Shown: positions 7,330-16,171 of the stretch, piece by piece
How positions within the stretch are numbered: position 1 is the first letter of the stretch
Layout: every line of letters begins with the position of its first letter
Virus record (IMG/VR): IMGVR_UViG_2802429227_000004
Coordinates: 1-25,029 of that record
DNA from: a virus
Taxonomy: Duplodnaviria; Heunggongvirae; Uroviricota; Caudoviricetes
Direction: 5' to 3' (one strand)
Length of the DNA stretch: 25,029 nt
Notes under the pieces: model-generated
What the model was told of the DNA's origin: nothing
Seen by the model: only the letters and a program-made list of their open reading frames with translations
The model's database searches: none
Translations under genes and position numbers: made by a program

Positions 7330-9162
7330 ATGTTAGAAATTAACACTTCTAAAATTAAGAACACAGTTACATTTAGTGTAGATAAAGACAGCTTGAAAAA
7401 AGCGAAAGACTCTATTACAGGCTTAAAGAAATTCGCCGAAAATATCAAGCCAGCTAAGCTGAGATTTGATAGTGTCACTAAAGGCTATAAGAAAGCACAA
7501 AGTGAAGTAGACAAGATTGCTCAACAGAAAGCTAAAACAGAAAAGCAGAATCAAAGAGCACAAGCTGCCGCAGCAAGAGCACAGGCAAGGCAACAGCAAC
7601 AAATAGCAGCACGTAAAGAGAAAGCAGAATTAAAGCTCCTCGATGTGTCAAGCTCTATCAGTGCAATGCACCGCCTTTCTGTAGCTGAACAATACAAAGC
7701 TATTGCACAGGCGCGTGAGATAGCCAAACAATACGAACAAGGGGCTATCTCGCTTGCACGTATGAATAGTCAGATGAAACGCCTACAACAGCAACAACGT
7801 AAGATTAATGGCAACAGAAAAGCTCAATTAGCCCCCGTTAAGGGAGGATCAGGGAATTCCGCCACGATGGGCGCTCTGTTATTTGGAGGCGCTACGGCTG
7901 CCGCTGGCGTGATGGCTGTTAGTAAAGCCTCTGAATTTATGGCTAACAGCTTCGCTAACGCAGAGACGCAAGGGGAGCTAATTCAACGGGCCAAGCTGGG
8001 CGGTGTAGACGTTAACCAGATGTATAATATTACAGAATGGGCGTATAAAAACGGCGTTGACTCTATGATGGGTGATCAAGGGGCTAGGAAATACCTGGAT
8101 CAGATGAAAGATGTTAGGGAACGTGCCGCAAAATCCTATAGTGAAGCTGAATTGGTGAAAGACAAGAAAACCGGAAAATCTGAATGGAAAGGCGGTGATA
8201 ACGCTATTAATGAACTTCTAAACATCGGTGTTATTAACAAAAGCGACCTTAAAAAATTTGCTGATAATCCGGCTGGATTAATTTCTAAGGCTGTTAATGG
8301 AATGATGAAAAAAGGGTTTTCAGACTCCCAAATTGGACAACGTTTAGAAGACCTGGGCGATGATTTGATGCTTACGTCAAAATATTGGCAACGTTCCGTT
8401 AAAGATGTACAAGAAAGTATTAATCAGCAAAAAGCCTCTGGAAAATGGCTAACAGAAACACAGCAAGACTCTATTGTTAAATTCAGAGAACTAAACAGAC
8501 AGCTTTCACAGCTTTCTGATGCAAGACAAGTAGCATTCGTAGACGGCTTTATGAAATCTCTTGATCCAAAAGTAACGGAAGAGTTTATGAAAAACCTTTC
8601 TAATCTCACTCCGTATTTTACGAAGCTGGGAGAAGCTACAGGAAGTCTCTTTGAGGCCATTATGAAGATTGTAAACTGGTTTAATCGTAATGATGATAAG
8701 ACAGATGCTATTCAGAAAAATTTAGGTGATGCACCGCCATTAAGCAATGACGGAATGAAACAGCATCTTTCTAATCTCGTTCCTGATCAATATAAAGGCG
8801 CTGGCACTGCAACAACAGCACCTGATAATAGTCATTCTCTCTTTAATACGATTAAGGGATGGCTTTTCGATGATAATGCTTCTTCTGTGTCAGATGTAAA
8901 AATGTCAGTCAATGAAGCACCGATAAGCAATCTCAAACAGGGTGCTTTAAATAATCTTGCAATGACAACTCCGGCTTATAATTTATCTCCTGTGTTTAAT
9001 CTGAATCCTACATTTGAAGTGGTAACAGAGGTTCCTCTTACTATTAATTCAGACACATCAAGATTAAGCGATTATGTGGATTTTACAGCGAGAGCAAGTC
9101 GGGATAGCTTCTTGAAATCATTAACATTAACCAGCTTATCAGGACAATCTAACGGCGGGTAA
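7330..9162 (+). CDS. Hypothetical large protein (610 aa): N-terminal K/Q/A-rich coiled-coil region, Gly/Ala-rich hydrophobic segment, then C-terminal globular region; tape-measure-like or ejection/internal-virion-like architecture (tentative)
   Basis: AAGGGG RBS; AQAAAARAQARQQQQIAARKEKAELK coiled-coil-like stretch; GGSGNSATMGALLFGGATAAAGVMAV hydrophobic segment; no Walker or nuclease motifs seen. Confidence 0.6.
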   Translation: MLEINTSKIKNTVTFSVDKDSLKKAKDSITGLKKFAENIKPAKLRFDSVTKGYKKAQSEVDKIAQQKAKTEKQNQRAQAAAARAQARQQQQIAARKEKAELKLLDVSSSISAMHRLSVAEQYKAIAQAREIAKQYEQGAISLARMNSQMKRLQQQQRKINGNRKAQLAPVKGGSGNSATMGALLFGGATAAAGVMAVSKASEFMANSFANAETQGELIQRAKLGGVDVNQMYNITEWAYKNGVDSMMGDQGARKYLDQMKDVRERAAKSYSEAELVKDKKTGKSEWKGGDNAINELLNIGVINKSDLKKFADNPAGLISKAVNGMMKKGFSDSQIGQRLEDLGDDLMLTSKYWQRSVKDVQESINQQKASGKWLTETQQDSIVKFRELNRQLSQLSDARQVAFVDGFMKSLDPKVTEEFMKNLSNLTPYFTKLGEATGSLFEAIMKIVNWFNRNDDKTDAIQKNLGDAPPLSNDGMKQHLSNLVPDQYKGAGTATTAPDNSHSLFNTIKGWLFDDNASSVSDVKMSVNEAPISNLKQGALNNLAMTTPAYNLSPVFNLNPTFEVVTEVPLTINSDTSRLSDYVDFTARASRDSFLKSLTLTSLSGQSNGG

Positions 9163-9195
9163 TTCCCGCCATAACATTACAAGGAAATTATTATT

Positions 9196-9909
9196 ATGGC
9201 GACCGCCGGGATTTTAACCATACGTGCAGCAAATACTCCAGAACAACACGTTCAGGCTGTTTACAAAGCAGAACAAGATATAAACTCTACAAAAAACGAA
9301 AATAGCAAAGCTAATAAAACAAAAGGAGAAAATGGATTTGCTATTGTTACCAGTGGGCTGGCATCTTCTGGCAATGACGTTTATGAAAATTATATGGCAC
9401 TGGCTTTTGACAGTGTAGACGATGTGAACGTGAGACGTTCGGCAGATGTTACAAGCTACCCCGTAGAAAATGGTGCTACTGTGTCTGATCACGTTCAAAT
9501 TAAAAACAATAAGTTTTCTCTTAAAGGTAGGATCACTGAAACACCGATTAAAAGCGATCCTGGCTTGCTAAAGAGTGCAGGGGTGAACGGGAACAGAAGA
9601 TCATTAGCTATTGATTACCTGAATCAGATTATGGACAGTAGACAGCCTTTTCTTCTTGTTACAGAAAATAAAACTTTTGAGAACGTTGTTTTAACAGGCA
9701 TCGAATACACAGAAGAGGCAAGCGAATCCCTGGTATTTGATCTTAGCTTTGAGCAGATCAGGCTCGTTTCGTATGGCACTGTAAACACTGTAGCTATCAA
9801 AACACAGCCATCTAAGAACATCGGGGCTAATATGAAAAAACGTGTTAACACTGAAAAATCAAGTAGTGAAGGTGAAGACACTATTACTCCTGCCTTTAAA
9901 CAGGAATAG
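9196..9909 (+). CDS. Hypothetical protein (237 aa), last gene of the + strand operon
   Basis: AAGGA RBS; no signal peptide; followed by an inverted repeat shared with the convergent integrase gene. Confidence 0.55.
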   Translation: MATAGILTIRAANTPEQHVQAVYKAEQDINSTKNENSKANKTKGENGFAIVTSGLASSGNDVYENYMALAFDSVDDVNVRRSADVTSYPVENGATVSDHVQIKNNKFSLKGRITETPIKSDPGLLKSAGVNGNRRSLAIDYLNQIMDSRQPFLLVTENKTFENVVLTGIEYTEEASESLVFDLSFEQIRLVSYGTVNTVAIKTQPSKNIGANMKKRVNTEKSSSEGEDTITPAFKQE

Positions 9910-9950
9910 CCGTAAACGCCTCTAAAACGCTCTGTAACGATGTAATTATA

Positions 9951-9984
9951 AAAGAGGCTACCAATCTATGTTGAAGCCTCTTTA
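9951..9984. terminator. Inverted repeat between convergent genes (possible bidirectional terminator)
   Basis: aaagaggct ... agcctcttt, a perfect 9 bp stem with a loop of about 16 nt. Confidence 0.35.
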
Positions 9985-9990
9985 TTGCGT

Positions 9991-11325
9991 CTATGGCGTT
10001 GTTTTACGCCTTAAATTTGATTTTTTATTGATTGATAAGCCTTTCTCTATTTCAGGGTAGCGTAGAAGCTCAATATATTTTTTAAGCTCTACTGGAGAAG
10101 CTGCATTCTTGCTATATGTGCGGAATGTCTCTGTATTACCGCGTGTATGGCCCAGGAGAAGGGCGATCCTGTCTTCTGGAATTTGATTTCGATCAAGAAG
10201 CTGTGCTACTCCGTGTCTCAGAGAATGAAACACCTTCCTTTCTGTTCCCTTTTCCCCTAAAGCCTTTCGTTTAGCCCTGGTAAATCTCTGCGTGTGCCAC
10301 GTGGAACGCTTGCCGTCTGCACGTTCTGTGATGCTGGCGTGATAGAACAAAAAGCCATTATGAGGCTTTTCACGCAGCGACAACACCAACGGAGTGATAA
10401 GGCTATGTACAGGCACAACACGTGCCGCAGCTTTCGTTTTTCCCTGTGTGATTTCAAAACACAGCACACCTTCGATCTCTTTCACATCGTCTATTGTGAG
10501 ACTTGCTATCTCATTGATCCGCATACCTGTATATAAACCGATAAGACACAAAGCCATCATTTCTTTGTTTTCTGCTGAATTACCGGAAAATACTTGCAAC
10601 ACCTGCAATAGCTCTTTGTTAGAAAATGCCTCGTAGCTCTCTCTACTTTGTGCCACATCAAGCCTATGCCCTCGCCAGGGGGAGAGCGCCCTTTCTGGTG
10701 CATCGTGGTAACGTGATGAAGCTAACTCCCATAGCTGGGCCATTGGGCTGATATAATTTGCAATTGATTGTTGTGAAAGGGTTTTTTGCATGTGTTCAAT
10801 CCAGCCTGTAACAGTGGTGCGGCTCACATCTTGCAATGCAATATCAGGCTTTTTACGGTAGGAGAGAAACATCTCTACCGCTTTTCTTGCCTTAGCTAAA
10901 GTGGCTGGCTTCTTCTTCGTGCTGTTAATTGTCAGGTAGATTTCAAGAATTTTAAGCAATGACGGACACGAAGACGCTGTATCTTGCATTCTGGTAGCTG
11001 TTTTGGCGTATTTAGCCTTACTGCGTAACAGCTCCAGCGTGTTCTCTATTGTGCTGTTTACAGGAGCGACACTCTCGCGTAAGCAATGGTATTCATCTGC
11101 AATCTGATCACGCTTTCTACGTGCAACACGAAGGTTACTTGTATGCAGACTCCTGACAAACGTCCTTTTTCCTTCAAAAAAGGGCTGCATATACACAGGC
11201 AGCGTGATCCTTAGATAGTAGTTACCGTAAGAATCACAGATTATGTATTGATTGGGCTTGTATCTCATAAACTCCCCGGCTAAAGTGTCGGAGCGTTTGT
11301 AATGTGAAAATTGATTGTAACGCAT
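9991..11325 (-). CDS. int: Tyrosine site-specific recombinase (integrase), 444 aa as given; alternative start at the second Met (about 11268)
   Basis: C-terminal catalytic signature: GMRINE (Arg), HSLRHGVAQ (His-x-x-Arg), LLGH (His), TFRTYSK (Tyr nucleophile). Confidence 0.85.
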   Translation of the reverse strand: MRYNQFSHYKRSDTLAGEFMRYKPNQYIICDSYGNYYLRITLPVYMQPFFEGKRTFVRSLHTSNLRVARRKRDQIADEYHCLRESVAPVNSTIENTLELLRSKAKYAKTATRMQDTASSCPSLLKILEIYLTINSTKKKPATLAKARKAVEMFLSYRKKPDIALQDVSRTTVTGWIEHMQKTLSQQSIANYISPMAQLWELASSRYHDAPERALSPWRGHRLDVAQSRESYEAFSNKELLQVLQVFSGNSAENKEMMALCLIGLYTGMRINEIASLTIDDVKEIEGVLCFEITQGKTKAAARVVPVHSLITPLVLSLREKPHNGFLFYHASITERADGKRSTWHTQRFTRAKRKALGEKGTERKVFHSLRHGVAQLLDRNQIPEDRIALLLGHTRGNTETFRTYSKNAASPVELKKYIELLRYPEIEKGLSINKKSNLRRKTTP

Positions 11326-11447
11326 AGAAAATGATGATTTTTTCTATAAGATTCAATCAATTAGTAATGGTCGTAGGTGATGGCATTAACACGAGATTAA
11401 TCGAGTGTTTTACTCCTATTATCGGCACCATTCTAACGTCTCCCCAA

Positions 11448-11597
11448 GTCTACTCAAGTATTTAAAAAACTCTTATAATCCGCATGTTAGCGCCCCTTTT
11501 AGTCTTTTGATGTCTACTTAAGTACCCCAAAATCTACAGTCAATTGGGGGTACTTTTGGGGGTATTTGCTGTTCGGTTTAGTGGAGGTACCCCCAAG
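11448..11597. repeat. Direct and inverted repeats in the 271 bp spacer between the two integrase genes (candidate att core or integrase binding sites)
   Basis: gtctactcaagta (11448..11460) and gtctacttaagta (11512..11524); inverted pair taccccaaaa (11523..11532) / ttttgggggta (11553..11563); extra ggtacccccaag at 11586..11597. Confidence 0.5.
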
Positions 11598-12811
11598 TGA
11601 AACTCAATGCCCGTCAAATAGACACTGCCAAGCCAAAAGAGAAGGCTTACAAGCTGGCTGATGGTGGTGGTCTGTATCTCTTGGTAAAACCTAGTGGAGG
11701 AAAATATTGGCGCTTCAAATATCGTGTAGCTGGTAAAGAGAAGCTGTTAGCACTAGGTGTGTATCCTGAAGTTACCTTGGCTGATGCTCGTGCAAAACGT
11801 GAAGAAGCTAAAAGGGGGATCGCTGGGGGTATCGATCCGATGGAAGCGAAACGAGAGGAAAAGATTGCCCGGGAAACGCAGTTAAACAACACCTTCAAAG
11901 ATATTGCCCTTGAGTGGCACAGCAGCAAATTAAAAAAATGGTCTGCTGGTTATGCTTCAGACATCCTCGAAGCCTTCAACAAAGATGTGTTCCCTTACAT
12001 TGGCAAAAAACCAATCGCCGAAATCAAACCACTTGAACTGCTGAATGTGCTGCGGCGCATCGAGGGGCGCGGTGCTACCGAAAAAGCCAAAAAAGTGAGG
12101 CAGCGATGCGGGGAAGTTTTCCGCTATGCAATTGTCACTGGACGTGCTGAGTATAACCCTGCACCGGATCTCACCAGCGCGATGCAAGGTCATGAATCTA
12201 ATCATTATCCTTTCCTCACAGCCAAAGAATTACCTGATTTTTTCAAGGCATTGTCCAGTTACTCAGGAAGTGCATTGGTTGTTATGGCGGCTCGTCTACT
12301 GATTATCACCGGTTTGCGGACTGGCGAACTGCGCGGTGCATTATGGGATGAAATCGATCTCAACAAGGCTATCTGGGAGATACCTGCTTCACGGATGAAA
12401 ATGCGTCGCCCTCATGTGGTGCCTTTGTCTAAGCAGGCTCTTTCGCTTATTGGGCAGATTAAAGAATTAACTGGCAATTATCCGCTTATGTTTCCCGGCC
12501 GTAATGATCCAAGGAAAACAATGAGCGAGGCTAGCATAAACCAAGTATTTAAACGCATCGGCTATAACGGAAAGGTTACTGGTCATGGATTCCGGCACAC
12601 CATAAGCACCATTTTGCATGAGCAGGGCTATAACACCGCGTGGATAGAGACACAGCTCGCACACGTCGATAAAAACTCAATTCGTGGCACATACAACCAT
12701 GCGCAATATCTGGATGGTCGCCGGGAGATGCTCCAGTGGTATGCCGACTATATGGATTCGCTCGAGCATGGCGGAAATGTGGTGCATGGTGAGTTCGGAA
12801 AATGCGGGTGA
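11597..12811 (+). CDS. int: P4-type tyrosine integrase (404 aa), GTG start
   Basis: N-terminus KPKEKAYKLADGGGLYLLVKPSGGKYWRFKYRVAGKEKLLALGVYPEVTLADARAKREEAK is the hallmark arm-binding domain of P4-family integrases; catalytic HGFRHT ... QLAHVD ... RGTYNHAQY. Confidence 0.9.
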   Translation: MKLNARQIDTAKPKEKAYKLADGGGLYLLVKPSGGKYWRFKYRVAGKEKLLALGVYPEVTLADARAKREEAKRGIAGGIDPMEAKREEKIARETQLNNTFKDIALEWHSSKLKKWSAGYASDILEAFNKDVFPYIGKKPIAEIKPLELLNVLRRIEGRGATEKAKKVRQRCGEVFRYAIVTGRAEYNPAPDLTSAMQGHESNHYPFLTAKELPDFFKALSSYSGSALVVMAARLLIITGLRTGELRGALWDEIDLNKAIWEIPASRMKMRRPHVVPLSKQALSLIGQIKELTGNYPLMFPGRNDPRKTMSEASINQVFKRIGYNGKVTGHGFRHTISTILHEQGYNTAWIETQLAHVDKNSIRGTYNHAQYLDGRREMLQWYADYMDSLEHGGNVVHGEFGKCG

Positions 12812-12909
12812 CTGGTTGAGTATACAGTAGTAGACTTTGAGCACCTAAAAAGGCTGATGCAAACAGAGCTGGCTCGGCCTTAACATTAGACCGCTTGAAG
12901 GGGGAGAAT

Positions 12910-13626
12910 ATGCCAATTGTGGAAAACATTCCTGACTTATCCCACTGGCGAACAATACAGGAGTTTTCTATCACCCAGGCCGCTTTATTGTTGGCCGGAA
13001 TTGATCCTTATGATTACCCTACTCTTGAACATGTCAGAGATAATAAACATGAACGTTGGAAAATGGCATGGGGGTTGGCTAATGGAATGGTAACAGCCAT
13101 CCGTCGTGGTGTCTTAACTCCTGTTGAATGTACCTCTGAAATAGTTGAATACGATAATTGGGGAAATGTTTGTGATATTGAGTACAAACGTCTGACATCA
13201 GCGCAACTGACCGATCGTGCATATGAGATAAGCAAGGATAAAACTTTAATTAGTCGCCATTCTTTATATGAGTGGATAAAAAATGAGAGCGTTGATTTTG
13301 CGAGATGCCCTCGCCCTATACCTGTTAAGGAAGTTAATCCGCCAGCAATCATTGAATCATCTCATCAGGTAATTAATCCTGACGAGTATTTGTGTACTTA
13401 TGGGCATAAGAGTGATGGGTTGGAGTATGTGCAGGATGCTATAAGAGAACTATGGTCGACGTATGACCCAGATGACCCACAGACGGCTCCGACAGAGCAT
13501 GAGGTACTTGAATATTTGAAAAAACGGGGGGCGGGTTCTAATGTTGCTAGGGCTGTGAATCTGATTTTAAGGCCTGAACATCTGAAGCGTATTGGTAGAA
13601 GACCAAAAAAACAAAAAGTTAAATAG
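12910..13626 (+). CDS. Hypothetical protein (238 aa) between int and alpA
   Basis: ORF-track ORF 12895..13626 begins at a TTG; ATG at 12910 preceded by AAGGGGGAG is preferred. No recognised motifs. Confidence 0.6.
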   Translation: MPIVENIPDLSHWRTIQEFSITQAALLLAGIDPYDYPTLEHVRDNKHERWKMAWGLANGMVTAIRRGVLTPVECTSEIVEYDNWGNVCDIEYKRLTSAQLTDRAYEISKDKTLISRHSLYEWIKNESVDFARCPRPIPVKEVNPPAIIESSHQVINPDEYLCTYGHKSDGLEYVQDAIRELWSTYDPDDPQTAPTEHEVLEYLKKRGAGSNVARAVNLILRPEHLKRIGRRPKKQKVK

Positions 13627-13881
13627 TGGTCGCTATTCCAGAAAAATGGTGGTTTCCTTTCAAAAAAAAGTAACCACCAATGCAGATTAAATCGTAAGAA
13701 CAGTAATTTTTCTTCGTGTTTCACGTCAGCATGATACTTAAAATAGTAAACGCCATTATTAAAAAAAGGTGGAGCTATTTCACTGAAATGGTATTCGCCA
13801 TTCATAATGGTAAGCATCTATAAATATCACTTTTCTTAATGCAAGCTATGTACACCTTTATAGACGTTACAAGGTGAATAT

Positions 13882-14079
13882 ATGGCAAACTCTCTTATTC
13901 GTTTAACGGAAGTTCAGCGTAGAACTGGATATAGCAAGGCATGGATTTATCGCCTTATGGGGCAAGGTAAATTTCCTGCATCAGTTAAAATTGGCTCGCG
14001 AGCTATTGCTTTCGTTGAGAGTGAAATTGACGAGTGGATTAATCAGCGTATTGCGGAATCACGCGGAACAGCTACCTGA
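13882..14079 (+). CDS. alpA: AlpA-family phage transcriptional regulator/excisionase-like protein (65 aa)
   Basis: LIRLTEVQRRTGYSKAWIYRLMGQGKFPASVKIGSRAIAFVESEIDEWI matches the AlpA HTH family; position just after a P4-type int; AAGGTGA RBS. Confidence 0.85.
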   Translation: MANSLIRLTEVQRRTGYSKAWIYRLMGQGKFPASVKIGSRAIAFVESEIDEWINQRIAESRGTAT

Positions 14080-14157
14080 TTAAATGGCTACGGGGCCAGA
14101 AGCCCCAACTATCCACTAGCAAATAAAAAGTAACTTAATTCGATAGCAGGAGTTTTT

Positions 14158-15006
14158 ATGAAACAGCGAAAAACGCCCGTACAGGGGCAGGGCTTCGTTC
14201 GGCCTGAAAACCAGAATCTGCAAAATTTCGGCGAAATTATCCCGGTTATTTCCGGCGTTATTGGCGGACGTGAAACCAATATTGTTAGCGCCAGAGCGTT
14301 GCATAAGGCGCTGGGTGTGAAGCGTGATTTCACAACCTGGATTAAAGGACGCATTGATGAGTACGGATTTAAAAAGGGCGTGGATTTTGAAGTTGTAGAT
14401 AATTTGTACTTTGATTCCCCGAAACGGGGGAACCAAAGTGTAAATATTGAACAGTTTGATTTTGATTGGACAACAAAGCGCGGCGGTGATCGTCGCAGTG
14501 AAGACTATTTGATCTCCACGAACATGGCGAAAGAACTGGCGATGGTCGAGCGCACCGAACAGGGCCGCGCCGATCGTCAGTACTTCATCAAATGCGAGGA
14601 GGAGCTACACAAGGTAGCGCCAGTGCGTTCCGCAGCGTTACGCCGGGAACTGAAAGCCCGTATCTCCGTTGCCAGCTACTTTAAGCCGATGTGTGCCGCG
14701 CTGGAGGCGTACCGGGCTGAACTGGGTAAAAACACACTCCAGCACCACTACACCACGGAAGCCAATATGCTGGCGCGTATCGTGCTGGGTGGCATGACTG
14801 CAAAACAGTGGACGCAGGCGAACGGCATCACAGGCGAACCACGCGACCACATGAGCACGTTGCAGCTTGAGCACCTTTCTTACCTTGAGCAGAGCAATAT
14901 CACGCTGATTGAGTTAGGCCTGGACTACCACCAGCGGAAAGCTGAATTAATTCGTCTTTCGCAGCGTTGGTTAGCCCGTCGCATGGAGGAAAACAGCCAT
15001 GTGTAA
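14158..15006 (+). CDS. Phage antirepressor-like protein (AntA-like N-terminal domain, KilA-C-like C-terminal region), 282 aa
   Basis: Segment VSARALHKALGVKRDFTTWIKGRIDEYGFKKGVDFEV resembles AntA/Rha-type antirepressor N-terminal domains; AGGAG RBS. Confidence 0.65.
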   Translation: MKQRKTPVQGQGFVRPENQNLQNFGEIIPVISGVIGGRETNIVSARALHKALGVKRDFTTWIKGRIDEYGFKKGVDFEVVDNLYFDSPKRGNQSVNIEQFDFDWTTKRGGDRRSEDYLISTNMAKELAMVERTEQGRADRQYFIKCEEELHKVAPVRSAALRRELKARISVASYFKPMCAALEAYRAELGKNTLQHHYTTEANMLARIVLGGMTAKQWTQANGITGEPRDHMSTLQLEHLSYLEQSNITLIELGLDYHQRKAELIRLSQRWLARRMEENSHV

Positions 15007-15420
15007 CGCTCTGACCGTTACAAAAAGAGAAAGCGCCCCGTTGCCGGAGCGCCTTTGTGAACGAATAGCCTACTGCGCCATATTGCTTACTGTCTACGAG
15101 GCAGATTATAGCGTTGTGGTCGCACAGAGTGAAGGCGCTGATCACCGTTACTACAGCACGCCAGAAATGCAGAATATTTTGCTGCAAAATGTCGTTGGTC
15201 ACGCTGTCCGGAAAGCAAAAAATTTTGCTGGTGGCGCGACTGATGCGATTTTGTCAGGTCGCAAGGTGATGATCAATCTGATGTCTAATTTCGTTCTGGA
15301 TAAAACAAAGGCGACCGCAGAGGGCCACCAGTGGGAAAGCTACACACTTGAACACATCGCCAACAATGCCAGATTTGCGGCTGGTGGGCAATGTGATCAG
15401 TGTGCTGGCTTGCTGGTGGG
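14999..15420 (+). other. ORF of uncertain extent; only about the first 130-140 codons of the 512 aa ORF-track call look protein-like, and the 3' end is undefined
   Basis: Start overlaps upstream stop as ATGTGTAA. After about codon 140 the translation becomes Cys/Ser/Arg-rich low complexity and runs across a well-supported minus-strand gene (15679..15984) and into gene 16172..16537 in the same frame. Confidence 0.25.
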
Positions 15421-15678
15421 CTATTCCTGCTCTTTAACATTGCCATGCCGCGATGTTTTCCAGGTATGCGACCCCATTTTTGTGCGCCTGTACTCTTTAA
15501 GGAATTTCTCAAGGATAAACGCACAGGGCGCGAATCTGTCTGACTCATATTCGTACGCTATCTTTCTGCGCTGTCTTTTCCGTGCCGGTGATGGTGTATT
15601 GGTCGATTCTTTGTTGGTCATTCTGTGTACCTGTAAAGCAATGCGCCGGAGTTCCTCACACCACGGCGATGATAGTTA

Positions 15679-15984
15679 TTATTCTGATTCTTTGGCCTTG
15701 CGGCGCTGGAGTTCTTCACGTGCGACGGTGACGAGCTGCCCGATCTCCTCGACAGCTTTGACTCCGATTTTTTCCACCTGCGCCAGTGCATTGAGCGAAG
15801 AAACCAGGGGATTTTCTCCGCTTCCTTCTGCCTGGCGGCGGGCGATCTCACCACGCATGGCGGTTACTATGAATCCGGCGTTGCTTTCGCCGTCCAGTTT
15901 TACGGATTCCATGCCTTCAAAAGCATCATGTGGGATACGAATTGAAATCTGTTTTGATTTGTCGTTGATAGTGTTTTTTGCCAT
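15679..15984 (-). CDS. Ribbon-helix-helix-like DNA-binding protein (101 aa), candidate repressor divergent from the replication operon
   Basis: AGGAGA RBS 6 nt upstream of the ATG at 15982..15984 (ORF-track call 15679..16023 uses an upstream Met without RBS); KQISIRIPHDAFEGMESV strand-helix pattern. Confidence 0.65.
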   Translation of the reverse strand: MAKNTINDKSKQISIRIPHDAFEGMESVKLDGESNAGFIVTAMRGEIARRQAEGSGENPLVSSLNALAQVEKIGVKAVEEIGQLVTVAREELQRRKAKESE

Positions 15985-16171
15985 GTGCATTCTCCTAAAC
16001 AAAAGATGTGATTCAGTATACACAAAAAAGAATCACAAAAAATACTTGACCTGTGATTCAGTTAAATTTAATTTAAATCACACCTCAGTAAGAGGATATA
16101 AACGACAACGCCCCGAACTGTTTGCGGCAGTAGCGGGGCGTCTAACCAAACCGTTAAATGAGGTAACGATT
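15985..16171. promoter_or_regulatory. Divergent promoter/operator region with TGTGATTCAG repeats
   Basis: gatgtgattcagtatacac (~16005), gaatcacaaaa (~16030), cctgtgattcagttaaat (~16049), aaatcacacc (~16075); TTGACC -35-like element at ~16045. Confidence 0.5.

Larger units (their letters stand above)
1..11325. mobile_element. Putative low-GC integrative element (partial; left boundary outside window) with iteron replicon, Rep-like gene, capsid-like gene and tyrosine integrase at its right end
   Basis: AT-rich composition compared with the sequence right of 11597; consistent AAGGAG-type RBSs; iterons; integrase at 9991..11325. Boundaries and att sites not identified. Confidence 0.45.

Noticed and set aside
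10257-10636. Three overlapping small ORFs (both strands) inside the integrase gene
   Set aside because: Lie inside the conserved integrase coding sequence; no RBS; shadow ORFs.
11326-11596. tRNA gene expected next to a P4-type integrase
   Set aside because: No acceptor-stem/T-arm pattern (such as GTTCGAATC...CCA) could be recognised by eye; only direct and inverted repeats are present.
11647-12974. Minus-strand ORFs 11647..11928, 11957..12205, 12467..12664, 12576..12974
   Set aside because: Antisense to the P4-type integrase gene, which has strong family-level support.
13398-13817. 139 aa minus-strand ORF overlapping the 3' end of gene 12910..13626 and the alpA upstream region
   Set aside because: Low-complexity F/W/L-rich translation, no RBS; region better explained as the gene's 3' end plus the alpA promoter.
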